64,000 nucleotides of DNA from Spirochaetia bacterium (lineage in GTDB: Bacteria; Spirochaetota; Spirochaetia; SZUA-6; Bin103). Position 1 is the first letter of the stretch. Every line of letters begins with the position of its first letter. This document shows, one piece after another, positions 9,645 through 20,529 of the stretch. The stretch covers positions 2,293,537-2,357,536 of the forward strand of contig CBDATQ010000001.1 of NCBI GenBank assembly GCA_965199955.1, written 5' to 3'. The notes under the pieces are model-generated. The model was not told the origin of the DNA, did not search any database, and saw nothing but the letters and a program-made list of their open reading frames with translations. Both the position numbers and the translations under genes were made by a program.

Positions 9645-9693
9645 CAGGGCAGCTTCGGCGGCGGTCAGGGCAGCTTCGGCGGCAGTCAGGGCA
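9645..9693. repeat. 21-bp tandem repeat (2.3 copies) between yebC and ruvC
   Basis: CAGGGCAGCTTCGGCGGC(G/A)GT x2 + CAGGGCA. Confidence 0.85.
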
Positions 9694-9696
9694 CAT

Positions 9697-10194
9697 TTGG
9701 CGGTAATCCTGGGCATCGATCCCGGACTGGCCGCTACCGGGTACGGGGTGATCCAGGTCGAGGGCAGCCGCCTGCGCCACCTCGCGCACGGAGCGTTTAC
9801 CACGGCGCCCGCCCAGGACCGGGGCGGGCGGCTGCTGGCGATTCGCGACGCCTTGGCCGCCGTTCTCGAGCGGTACCGCCCTGACCAGGCCGGTGTGGAG
9901 TCGCTGTTCTTCTCCCGTAATGTGCGCTCGGCACTGCCGGTGGCGGAGGCGCGCGGTGTCATCCTGATGTGCCTGGCCGACGCAGGGGTGACCGTCGGCG
10001 AACACACGCCGCTGCGCGTCAAGCAGGCCATCCTCGGCCACGGCAGCGCCGACAAGCAGCAGATGACTGCGATGGTGCGGGTTCTGTTTCAGCTCGGACC
10101 TGACGAGCCTCTGCCTCACCACGCGGCTGACGCGCTGGCGGTCGCGGTGTGTCATGCTCACTCCTCACCCTTGGACGAGCGAGCACCCGAGTAG
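9697..10194 (+). CDS. ruvC: Holliday junction resolvase RuvC
   Basis: ILGIDPG, VESLFF, HHAADALAVA. Confidence 0.95.
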   Translation: MAVILGIDPGLAATGYGVIQVEGSRLRHLAHGAFTTAPAQDRGGRLLAIRDALAAVLERYRPDQAGVESLFFSRNVRSALPVAEARGVILMCLADAGVTVGEHTPLRVKQAILGHGSADKQQMTAMVRVLFQLGPDEPLPHHAADALAVAVCHAHSSPLDERAPE

Positions 10195-10782
10195 ATGTAC
10201 AACAGCCTGACGGGCACGGTCACCTTCAAGGACCGCGAGCGGCTGTACCTGACGCTGGCAGGGGTCGAGTGGGACCTCGCCATCTCCGGCAGCACCGCGG
10301 ACGCGCTGCCCGAGGCGGGCTTCGAAGCGAAAGTGTTCACTTTTATGCACCATCGCGAAGACGTCATGAAGCTCTACGGCTTCGCGTCCGCGGCCGAGCG
10401 GGAGCTGTTCCTCAAGCTCATGCAGGTCAACGGCGTCGGACCCCGCCTGATCACGAAGATGCTGTCGGCGGCGACCGAGGGCGACATCCGCGCCGCCGTG
10501 CAATCCGGTGACGCCGACGCCCTGGCGCGCGTGCCGGGACTGGGCGCCAAGAGCGCGCAGAAGATCATCCTCGCTCTGCGCGGCAAGCTGCTGCCGCCGG
10601 CCGAGGTGTCCTCCGGGGTCGAGACCGAGCTGATCGGGGCGCTCACGGGCATGGGCTTCAACCAGCGTCAAGCGGCGCGGGCGGTCGCTGCCGCGATGCA
10701 GGAGTCCGAGCGGTCCGACAGCAGGCCGGATGAGGCGCAGCTGCTGCGCGCGGCCATCCAGATCCTGGGCGCCGGGAGGTGA
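10195..10782 (+). CDS. ruvA: Holliday junction branch migration protein RuvA
   Basis: LYGF..ERELF, VNGVGP, VPGLGAKSAQKI. Confidence 0.95.
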   Translation: MYNSLTGTVTFKDRERLYLTLAGVEWDLAISGSTADALPEAGFEAKVFTFMHHREDVMKLYGFASAAERELFLKLMQVNGVGPRLITKMLSAATEGDIRAAVQSGDADALARVPGLGAKSAQKIILALRGKLLPPAEVSSGVETELIGALTGMGFNQRQAARAVAAAMQESERSDSRPDEAQLLRAAIQILGAGR

Positions 10783-11810
10783 GCGACCGCATCATGTCGC
10801 CCGGAGCGGGCTCGGGCGACGGGGACGAGGTCCGGCTGCGGCCGCGAGCGCTGCACGAATTCATCGGCCAGAAGCAGTTGCGGGAGAATCTGCGCGTGTT
10901 CGTCAGCGCTGCCCGCGATCGCGCGGAAGCGCTCGACCACGTGTTCTTCTCCGGACCGCCGGGACTGGGCAAGACCACCCTGGCGGCGATCGTCGCCAAT
11001 GAGCTGGACGTCGAGTTCCGCAGCACCTCCGCGCCGGCGCTGGAGAAGACCGGGGATCTGGTGGCGATCCTGACCGGCCTGGGCCGCCACCACGTCTTCT
11101 TCATCGACGAGATTCATCGCCTTCGGCCGCCGATCGAGGAGTTGCTGTACACGGCGATGGAGGACTACGAGGTGGACGTGGTCATCGGCGAGGGGCCGAG
11201 CGCCCGCACCATCAAGATCTCGCTCCCCCGTTTCACGCTGATCGGCGCCACCACCAAGACCGGGCTGGTGTCCGCGCCGCTGTATTCGCGGTTCGGGATC
11301 ACCGCGCGGCTGGACCTGTATGACCAGGAGGAGCTGGAGCAGATCGTCGATCGCACGGCCTCGCTGTTGTCCATGGAGATGGCGCCGGACCTGAGGCCGC
11401 TGCTGGCGCGGAGCTCCCGCGGCACGCCGCGCGTGGCCATCCGCTTGGTGCGGCGCATGCGGGACTACGCGCAGGTCTGGGGCGACGGCACCCTGACCGG
11501 TGCGATCGTCGACCGCGGCCTGCGCGCGCTGGGCATCGACCGGTACGGGCTGGACCGTACCGACCGGGAGATCCTGTCGATCATCATCGAACGCTACGCG
11601 GGCGGTCCGGTCGGCGTGGAGACGCTGGCGATCTCCCTGGGGGAGACGGCGGACACGGTGGAGGACGTGTACGAGCCGTTTCTCGTGCAGAGCGGGTTCC
11701 TGAAGCGCACCGCCCGCGGCCGCGTCGTGACCGATCTTGCCGTTCGCCATGTCGGCGGAGCCGCAGGCAGTCAGGAGGGAACCGGTGCTCGTCCGGGACT
11801 TCTCTTTTGA
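10779..11810 (+). CDS. ruvB: Holliday junction branch migration ATPase RuvB
   Basis: GPPGLGKTT, FIDEIHRL, GTPRVA, EDVYEPFL. Confidence 0.98.
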   Translation: MSDRIMSPGAGSGDGDEVRLRPRALHEFIGQKQLRENLRVFVSAARDRAEALDHVFFSGPPGLGKTTLAAIVANELDVEFRSTSAPALEKTGDLVAILTGLGRHHVFFIDEIHRLRPPIEELLYTAMEDYEVDVVIGEGPSARTIKISLPRFTLIGATTKTGLVSAPLYSRFGITARLDLYDQEELEQIVDRTASLLSMEMAPDLRPLLARSSRGTPRVAIRLVRRMRDYAQVWGDGTLTGAIVDRGLRALGIDRYGLDRTDREILSIIIERYAGGPVGVETLAISLGETADTVEDVYEPFLVQSGFLKRTARGRVVTDLAVRHVGGAAGSQEGTGARPGLLF

Positions 11811-12816
11811 GGTCCCGCCGCAGCTCGTCGCGCAGCGGCCAGCGGGGAGGCGCGGCGCCGAGCGGCTCATGGTCGTCGACCGGTCCCGCGCCGACAACCG
11901 GCACACGACCATGGCGGCCCTTCCGGAGCTGCTGCCCGCAGGGTCCGTGCTGGTGCTCAACGACTCGCGCGTACGCAAGGCGCGGGTGTTCGGATCCTCC
12001 CAGAACGGCGGGGCGGTGGAGCTGGTCTTCCTGGAAGAAGTCGGCCCCGGACGCTGGCGGGCGCTGGCGCGCCGGGCGCGGCGCCAGCGGGTAGGCAAGC
12101 GCCTGTTCCTGCCCGAGGACGTCGAGGCGCGCATCGCTGCCGTCCACGGCGATCAGCGCGAGCTGGAGCTGGACCCGCCGGTCGGGGAGGACTACTTCGA
12201 ACGCAACGGCGCGATGCCGCTTCCGCCGTACATCGAGCGTGCGCCGGACGCGCAGGACGACGCCCGCTACCAGACGGTGTACGCACGCGAGTTCGGCTCG
12301 GCTGCGGCGCCGACCGCAGGGCTGCACCTGACTCCGGAGCTCCTCCAGACGATCCGGGCGCGCGGAATCGACGTCCAGCGCGTGACGTTGCACGTCGGCG
12401 CGGGAACGTTTCAGCCGATCCGCACCGAGCGCCTCGAGGACCACCGCATGCACGCCGAGTCGGCGGCGCTGAGCCGTCCGGCGGCGGCGGCGATCGAGGC
12501 GGCGCGTCGCGGCGGCCGCGACGTGATCGCGGTCGGCACCACGGTGGTCCGCGCCCTGGAGTCACGGGCGGCCGCCGCCGGTGACCGCTACGGAGCGCTG
12601 GCGCCCGGCCGGTGGCGCACCGACCTGTTCATCCGGCCCGGCTACCGGTTCCGGGTGGTCACGCGCCTGCTGACCAATCTGCACACGCCGGGATCGACCC
12701 TGGTTGCCCTGGTGGCGGCCCTCGCCGGCCGCGAGCGGCTCCTGTCCGCGTACGGGGAGGCGGTGTCGCGTGGCTACCGGTTCTTTTCCTACGGCGACGC
12801 CATGCTGATCCTGTAA
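11785..12816 (+). CDS. queA: S-adenosylmethionine:tRNA ribosyltransferase-isomerase
   Basis: PLPPYI, YQTVYA, AAPTAGLH, TLHVGAGTF, YRFFSYGDAM; GTG start after GGAGG. Confidence 0.97.
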   Translation: MLVRDFSFEVPPQLVAQRPAGRRGAERLMVVDRSRADNRHTTMAALPELLPAGSVLVLNDSRVRKARVFGSSQNGGAVELVFLEEVGPGRWRALARRARRQRVGKRLFLPEDVEARIAAVHGDQRELELDPPVGEDYFERNGAMPLPPYIERAPDAQDDARYQTVYAREFGSAAAPTAGLHLTPELLQTIRARGIDVQRVTLHVGAGTFQPIRTERLEDHRMHAESAALSRPAAAAIEAARRGGRDVIAVGTTVVRALESRAAAAGDRYGALAPGRWRTDLFIRPGYRFRVVTRLLTNLHTPGSTLVALVAALAGRERLLSAYGEAVSRGYRFFSYGDAMLIL

Positions 12817-12892
12817 CGGGCGGGCACTGTAACGAAACGCGCCGCCGTTGGTCTCATTGGAGGATGCCCTCGCGGTGCGCGCCTGGACGGGA

Positions 12893-13519
12893 TCAGTCGA
12901 GTCCGAGGACCGGCCACAGCCGGGAGAACACCTCCTCCGGGCTGCCCGAGCCGTCGACCCGGTGAACCATCACCCCGCGCGCCTGCAACCGATCCAGGGC
13001 ATGCCCGTAGGCGGCGAGCACCCGCTGCTGTGTCGCGGCCGCGTCGAATCGCTGCGGGACTCGATCGCGGCCGCGCAACCGTTCCTGGCAGAGCTCGACC
13101 GGGCTGGTCAGGAACACCACGAGGCCGGGCAGGGGCGAGGCTTCGTTGACCGTCTCGATAAAGTCTGCAGGGACATCCAGGCTCTGGTACGCCAGACTGG
13201 ATGCGATGCAGCGATCGCTGATCACCACGTCTCCGGCAGCGTGGCGATCGAGGATGCCGCCGGCCCCGTGGCAGTGCTCGGCCCGGTCGGCGGCGAACAG
13301 CAACGCGAAGGCTCTGCCGGACACCGGTTGGCGCGTCGCCAGCAGCGAGCGGATGAGCTGGCCGATCGGCCCATCGGTGGGTTCGCGGGTACGGAAGTGG
13401 CGCACGCCGCACGCGCGCAGGCGGTCGGCGATCAGTCCCACCTGCGTCGTCGTGCCCGCACCGTCGAGGCCTTCGACCGCAACGAATCGCGGCAGGATCC
13501 GGTTGCCGCTTCGGTCCAT
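12893..13519 (-). CDS. tmk: Thymidylate kinase
   Basis: VEGLDGAGTTTQ, TREP, LFAADRAEH, DR..SSLAYQ. Confidence 0.93.
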   Translation of the reverse strand: MDRSGNRILPRFVAVEGLDGAGTTTQVGLIADRLRACGVRHFRTREPTDGPIGQLIRSLLATRQPVSGRAFALLFAADRAEHCHGAGGILDRHAAGDVVISDRCIASSLAYQSLDVPADFIETVNEASPLPGLVVFLTSPVELCQERLRGRDRVPQRFDAAATQQRVLAAYGHALDRLQARGVMVHRVDGSGSPEEVFSRLWPVLGLD

Positions 13520-13525
13520 CACGCT

Positions 13526-13996
13526 ATGATCTCACCGATCATCATGATCGCACCGATCGCCGTGACACCAACCGGGCACCTCCGCCGTGTCTCCATCCTG
13601 GCGCTGTTGCTGGTCGCGCTTTCGGTTCCGGGCCAGGAGGCGGAAGCGCCCGTGTCCGGGGCGAGTCCCCTGAGTGTGCCCGACATCGTCATCACCGGCG
13701 AGGATGCGATCATCATCGTTCCGCCATTGCCGGTTCTGCCCGGCGGCAGCATACCCGTGCCGCGGGTCGAATTGCAGCCGCTACCGTTCCAGCCGCACCC
13801 GACAGGGTGCGACGTGAGTGATGCCGCGCCGGTGATCGAACCGGTATGCATCGATCTGTCCGCATTCTCGGACTGGCTGCCATTCTTCCTGGCGCCCGGC
13901 GAGCCTCCGATCCCGGAAATGCACGCCTTGGGCATCCTTCATTCCGCGACGGCACGCGACAACATCAGCGCTCAGAGCAACGGGGGAGACGAGTGA
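13526..13996 (+). CDS. Small exported Pro-rich hypothetical protein with TonB-box-like motif
   Basis: Signal-like RRVSILALLLVALS, then PDIVITGED; GTGA overlap with exbB; start uncertain (13526, 13544 or 13562). Confidence 0.6.
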   Translation: MISPIIMIAPIAVTPTGHLRRVSILALLLVALSVPGQEAEAPVSGASPLSVPDIVITGEDAIIIVPPLPVLPGGSIPVPRVELQPLPFQPHPTGCDVSDAAPVIEPVCIDLSAFSDWLPFFLAPGEPPIPEMHALGILHSATARDNISAQSNGGDE

Positions 13997-14616
13997 TAGA
14001 GTTTTTATTGCGCGGCGGCATATTCCTGTGGCCGATCGGCCTGCTGTCGGTCGCAGCCCTCTACCTGATCATCGAGCGGGCGATCTACTTCCTGCAGTCG
14101 CGACCCACTCCGCAGATCCAGCAGGCGCTGACCGCGTTCCTTGGCGGCGAGCCGCCGACGAGCCTGGAGGAGACGCTTGGATCGAGCATCGCGCCGGAAG
14201 CGACGCTGGCGCGCGTCGGTCTGGACGCCCAGGGGGCGGACCCGGGCGATGCGCACCGCCGGCTGGAGCGTTCCCTGCTTAAGGTCGTCACCGACCTGGA
14301 GCACAACGTCGCGCCGCTCGGCAGCATCGCCAACGTGGCCACCCTCCTGGGGCTGCTGGGAACGGTGGTCGGCATGATCGCCGCCTTCATCGGCATGGGA
14401 GGCGTCGCCACGGCGGACATGGGCGGACTGACGCAGGGGATCTCGCAGGCGATGGTCACCACCGCCGCCGGGCTCGGCGTCGCCGTGCCGGCGACGTTCT
14501 TTCACCACATGTACGCCAACTACGTGAAGAGACGCACCTCGGAACTGAACGTCACTACCTCCGAGCTGGAGTCGCTGGTGGTGGCCGTCAGCGACGGTGC
14601 CGAGCAGGTACGGTGA
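13993..14616 (+). CDS. exbB: MotA/TolQ/ExbB proton channel protein
   Basis: TLLGLLGTVVGMI, GISQAMVTTAAGL. Confidence 0.92.
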   Translation: MIEFLLRGGIFLWPIGLLSVAALYLIIERAIYFLQSRPTPQIQQALTAFLGGEPPTSLEETLGSSIAPEATLARVGLDAQGADPGDAHRRLERSLLKVVTDLEHNVAPLGSIANVATLLGLLGTVVGMIAAFIGMGGVATADMGGLTQGISQAMVTTAAGLGVAVPATFFHHMYANYVKRRTSELNVTTSELESLVVAVSDGAEQVR

Positions 14617-15034
14617 CCCGCCGGGGCGCCATCCGGGTCACCGGCAGCGATCTGGGCGTGTCATCCGCCCCGCCGCTGACGGCGCTCATCGACGTGATCT
14701 TCCTGGTGGTCATCTTCTTCATGATCAACGCCGTGTTCGCGGTGACATCGCAGATCCCGGTCGATCTTCCCGACGAACCGGGAGACGCCACGTCCGGCAG
14801 CCGCGCCATCATGGTCACGATCGACGCCGCCGGGCTGATCTACGTGGACGAAGAGCCGTTCTACGCCGAGGAGCTGGTCGAAGTGCTGCGCGAGAAGCAT
14901 GAGAGCGACCCCGAACTCGCCGTCTACGTCAATGCCGACGCCACTATTCCGTACCAGGTCCTGGTCGACGTGCTCGGCGCGGTCCGAGACGCTGGAATCC
15001 TCAAGCTGTCTCTGTTGACCGACCCCGAATCCGC

Positions 15035-15038
<4 letters not shown>
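14613..15038 (+). CDS. exbD: ExbD/TolR biopolymer transport protein
   Basis: [15 protein letters not shown] with conserved TM Asp; NADATIPYQ. Confidence 0.93.
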
Positions 15039-16107
<1,069 letters not shown>

Positions 16108-16111
<4 letters not shown>

Positions 16112-19100
16112 TGAGGGCTCGCCAGCGGCGGCGGCTTCCCCGAGCGGCGATCGTCACGATCGAGATCACCGTGTTCGTCGCCCTGTTCGCGGCCGTCGTG
16201 TTCGGCCTGGGCTATGCGCGCGACCGTCTGGACCGGATGGTCGGCCGCCTGCGAGAGCAGGTGTCCGTGCAGGTGGCCGACCGGCTCGGAGCACGGATTC
16301 GTACCGGCGAGGTTTCCCGGTCCGCGCTGCGCGCACTGCAGGTCAGCGACCTGGAGCTGCTCGGCGCTTCCGGTGACGTGTTGCTGTCGGCGCGCCGCCT
16401 GCGTGTTCACTACTCCCTGCGTACGCTGCTGAGCACGCGTAGCGCAGTGGACGCCGTAAGCCGGGTCGAGTTGACCGGCGTGGTGGCGAACCTGCAGTTG
16501 CCGCGCGACCAAGGCCCGGTCTCCGCCGCGCTCGGCGGGGTCGGCGCCGCCGCCGACGGCGCCGTGCAGCAATCGGTTCTGCCGTGGCCACTGACCGTCG
16601 CCGATGCGCGCGTCACAATCACAGCGGGCTCCGACCGCCTGGACCTGCGCGAGCTGTCCCTGCGGCTGGAACCGGACGGCGACGGCGTGCGCATCGTCGA
16701 CGCGCGCGCCCGTCTGGATGCCGCACTCGCCGGCGTGGCCGGTCACGAAGCGACCCTGGACACCAGGATCCGCGTCGACGGACGCCTGGGACCGGGGCGG
16801 GAAGCCTCGCGGACGACGGTTCGCGTCGGCGACGTGCAGAGCAACCTCGGCACCCTGCCCGCCCTCGAGGTACAGGCCGCGTGGGACGGAACGACGATCT
16901 CCCTGACGGCGCTGCCCGATGATCGCGGATCGGTGCTCAGGGTCTGGATCGACCCGGAGCGACGGCTGATCCGCGCCGACCTGCGGGCCGAGCAGCTCCA
17001 CCCGCTGGGTGTCGTTCGGCCCGCGGGGCCGCTCGGCCACCTGCGTCCCTGGTTCGACACGACCGTGAGCGGAACGGCCACGATCATCGCCGGCCCCGCC
17101 AGCGTTCTAAGCTACGATGCCGACATCGATTTCGTCGCTCCTCCCGCGTCTCTCGGCGAGTTGCCGCCGGGGCCCGTGGAGGTGGATCTCACCGTGCACG
17201 GCGACGGGAAGATCGCGACGTTCGCGCCCCTCGTGCTGCGTTCGGCCGGCGCCGCCGCCCGCTACGACGGCACGATCGACACCGGCACCGGAGTCGCGGT
17301 CGGCCGGCTGGCGGTGACGGGCCTGGATCTGGACGGCCGACCGATCGACGCGAGCGCCGAGGTGGAGGCCGACCTGCAGCAGCGGCGGCTGACGCTGGAG
17401 GAGGGCGCAGCGGCTATCGGCGATGTGGCGGTGACGCAACTGACCGGTCGCGTGGCTCTTTCCGGTGCCGCGTCCGACGGCACGGCGGCCACCGCCTCGC
17501 CATCTCTGCGGATCGCTCTGACCGGGATCCCGCCCGCCTCACCCGACGGAACGGTGGCGGTGACCGGGTCCGTCACCCTGGGGCCACGGCCTGGGTTCGC
17601 CGGCCGCGTCGACCTCGAGAACGTGGACGCAGGCGTCCTGTACGGTCTGCTCCGCCCGGCGGACCCGGACGACTCGGAGGCTTCCGACCTGACCGACAGG
17701 CTGGTCGTCAGCGCACAGTTGGAAGGGTCGGTCGGGCCCGACCTGCTGGCCTTGCAGGTCTCGGCGGCTTCCGTGGTCCAGAGGGACGGTCCCCTGCGCG
17801 CCCGTTTTGACGCGGTCGCCACGGAACGGTCGCTGGACATTACCGATCTGGATCTGGTCGTCGGCCCTTCCACTCGCGCCATCGGCAGCGCCACGCTGGA
17901 CGCCGAACGGATGTCATTCTCCGGGGAGATCGAGATGGACGGCGAGCGGGCGGCCGGCACGATCCGCCTGGAGACAGGTGACGGAGTCACCGTGCGCGGG
18001 CCGTGGGGGCTGATAGTGCAGATGTGGCCGGATGAGAAACTGCGGCCGGCGGACGTATTGGAGCGCATCGTGGAAACGGAGGAGGGAAGGCCCGCGCCGT
18101 TCCGATTGAGCATCGAGGGCTATCCGCTTGCTGCGTTGGGCGACGACGTTACGGCCGACGCCGTGCTCGCCGGCACCATAGAGCGCCCGTCGGCGTTCCT
18201 CGGCAGTCTCGATCCGGGCGGCGGCGGTGCGGATGCGTTGACGCATCTGGGCGCCGCCGGCGTCGCCCTGGACGACTCACGGCTTGTCCTGCGCGGCCTG
18301 ACCGTCGGCGACCTCCCGGCCCGCCTGGAGATCGACTTCGGTTACGACCTTGACGTGCTCAGCGCCGACCGCATTCGCTTCGCGCTCGGCGAGCAGGACC
18401 TCACCGGCAAGGGCACTCTGAACGTAACGACGCACGACGGATTCCGCGTCGCCGGTCAGGTATTGCTGGAGGGCGGGCAGGAACGCTACGACGCCGCCGT
18501 CTCGATCGCTCCCGGCCAGCTCGACGTCGGCGTCGACGTGAACCTCCTGCGGCTGGATCGCCTTGTGCCTCTGCCGATCCCCGGCACCGCTTCCGGCCGA
18601 ATTCGGATCACCGGGTCCCTCGCGCAGCCGCTGATCACCGCGGAGCTGATGTCCGATGACGTCCCCCTCGGTGAGGACTACGTGACGCTGGCGCTGCAGA
18701 GCACGTATGACGGGCGGCGCATCGTCATCGACGACCTAGCGGCCGATTTCCGGGACCACCGGATCCGCGGAGTAGCCGGAAGCATCGATACGAGCACCGG
18801 AACCGTAGGCCTGGGAGGACGCTACGAGGGCGAGTACCTGGGGCAACCGCTGTCGCTCGATCTGGCCGTGACCGGGACGGCATCGTTCGCCGCGGGTCCG
18901 GCCCCCGAGCGGTCCCTGCCCGTGGAAGCCGTCCTGACCGTCGCGGCCACCGCGGTGACGGTCGGCGGCCTGAGCAAGCCGTCCTGGGACGCCGCGGTCC
19001 GGTGGGAGGGGGATGGGCTCGCCTTCTCGGGCGGCCCTCTTGACGGCCTCTCGGGCAGGATCGCGACGGACGGAACCTTCGCAGTGGAGGCTTCGGCGCC

Positions 19101-20529
19101 ACTGCCGCTCCAGGGCAGCGCGTCGGGGACGCTGTCCGGCAGCGACTTGTCCACGGACCTGTCGATCGCGGCGCTGGATCTGACACTCCTCAACACCCTC
19201 ATTCACACCACGGCCGTGACGGTCCTCGCCGGCTCCGCCGCCGGAACCGTGCGCCTCCACGGCCCGATCAACGACCCCGCCATGCTTGGCACCCTGCAGG
19301 CGACCGGCGTGGTCCTGGAGTCGACGCTGATCCCGCAACGCGTCGGACCGCTGGCGTTTCCCGTGGCTGCCGCCAACCGGGAGCTCACGGTGAGGCGCAC
19401 ACGCCCGGAACGGGGCGTCGCCCCGGTGGTGGTGAACGGGACAGTGCGGTTCGGGCAGTGGGCGCCGGTCGCCTATGACTTCAGCGTGCAGACCGCGAAC
19501 GGGGACGGGGTTCCCGTCGACTATCGCTTCGGGCCGATTTCCGTCACGGGCGTCGCCCGGGGCGGCGTGCAGATCACGGGCGATCGGGAGTCCACCCACA
19601 TCGCGGGCTCCGTCGAGGCCGACCCGGCGCGCGTGTTCATCGACAACGAAGGACGCGGCTCGGCCCCAGCCTGGGAACCGCTGACGGTCGAGCTTGCGGT
19701 CACCACCGGCCGCGGCGTCGAGTTGACCTGGCCTTCGGACGACCTGCCGATCCTGGAGGCGCTGGTCGACGTGGGTCAGACGGTTGCGGTCAGCTACGAC
19801 GGATTCAGCGGCGATTATTCGGTCGTGGGAGACGTGGCGATCCGCCGTGGCGAGCTGTTTTTCTTCAACCGCACCTTCGTACTGCGCGATGGACTGGTCT
19901 CATTCGCCGAGGACGGAGGACGCTTCGATCCGATGGTCACGGTCCGGGCCGAGACTCGCGAGCGAAGCCCGGACGACGGCACGCTGTCGATCTACCTGGA
20001 TGCGGACTCGCCGCTGAGCGCGCTCAGCCCACAGACCGTGCGGCTCAGCTCCCAACCGGCGCGACCCCTGCCCGAACTGCGCGCGATGCTGGGCGGGCCG
20101 TTCGCCGATGGCACGGCGGACGAAGACATCGACCTGCTGGCTGTGGCCGGCGGCATGGCCACGCAGTTTGGAGTGGTCCGCCCCATGGAGCGGGCGCTGC
20201 GCGACTCACTCGGACTCGACCTGTTCAGCATACGCTCGCAGCTCGTGGAAAACCTGCTGCGCACCCCACTCGGCGTCTCCAGCCCCGACCTGCTCGACAA
20301 CACGGAAATCGTCGTGGGCAAGTATCTTGGCGATGACCTGTTCTTCGAGGCGCTCGTGCGGGTAGAATCCGACACCGTGTCGCCCGTACCCGAGTTGCGC
20401 ACCGACCTGGAGCTCAGCCTGGAATGGGCGACGCCATTTTTTCTCCTGGAGTGGTCCGTCTTGCCGTCCCTCACTGACCCGTTTCAGACCGGCAGCGCAT
20501 TGTCGCTGTCATGGAGCTTCAACTACTGA
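16108..20529 (+). CDS. tamB: Translocation/assembly module TamB (AsmA-like, C-terminal DUF490-like)
   Basis: 1473 aa, N-terminal TM anchor, beta-rich body, C-terminal [18 protein letters not shown] and LSWSFNY; directly precedes bamA. Confidence 0.88.

Noticed and set aside
9645..9693. Short repeats as a possible CRISPR array
   Set aside because: Head-to-tail units without spacers; no cas genes.
12848..13525. Plus-strand frame open across tmk, extending orf13526 to 382 aa
   Set aside because: Antisense to tmk; the signal-peptide-like segment begins only after 13526.
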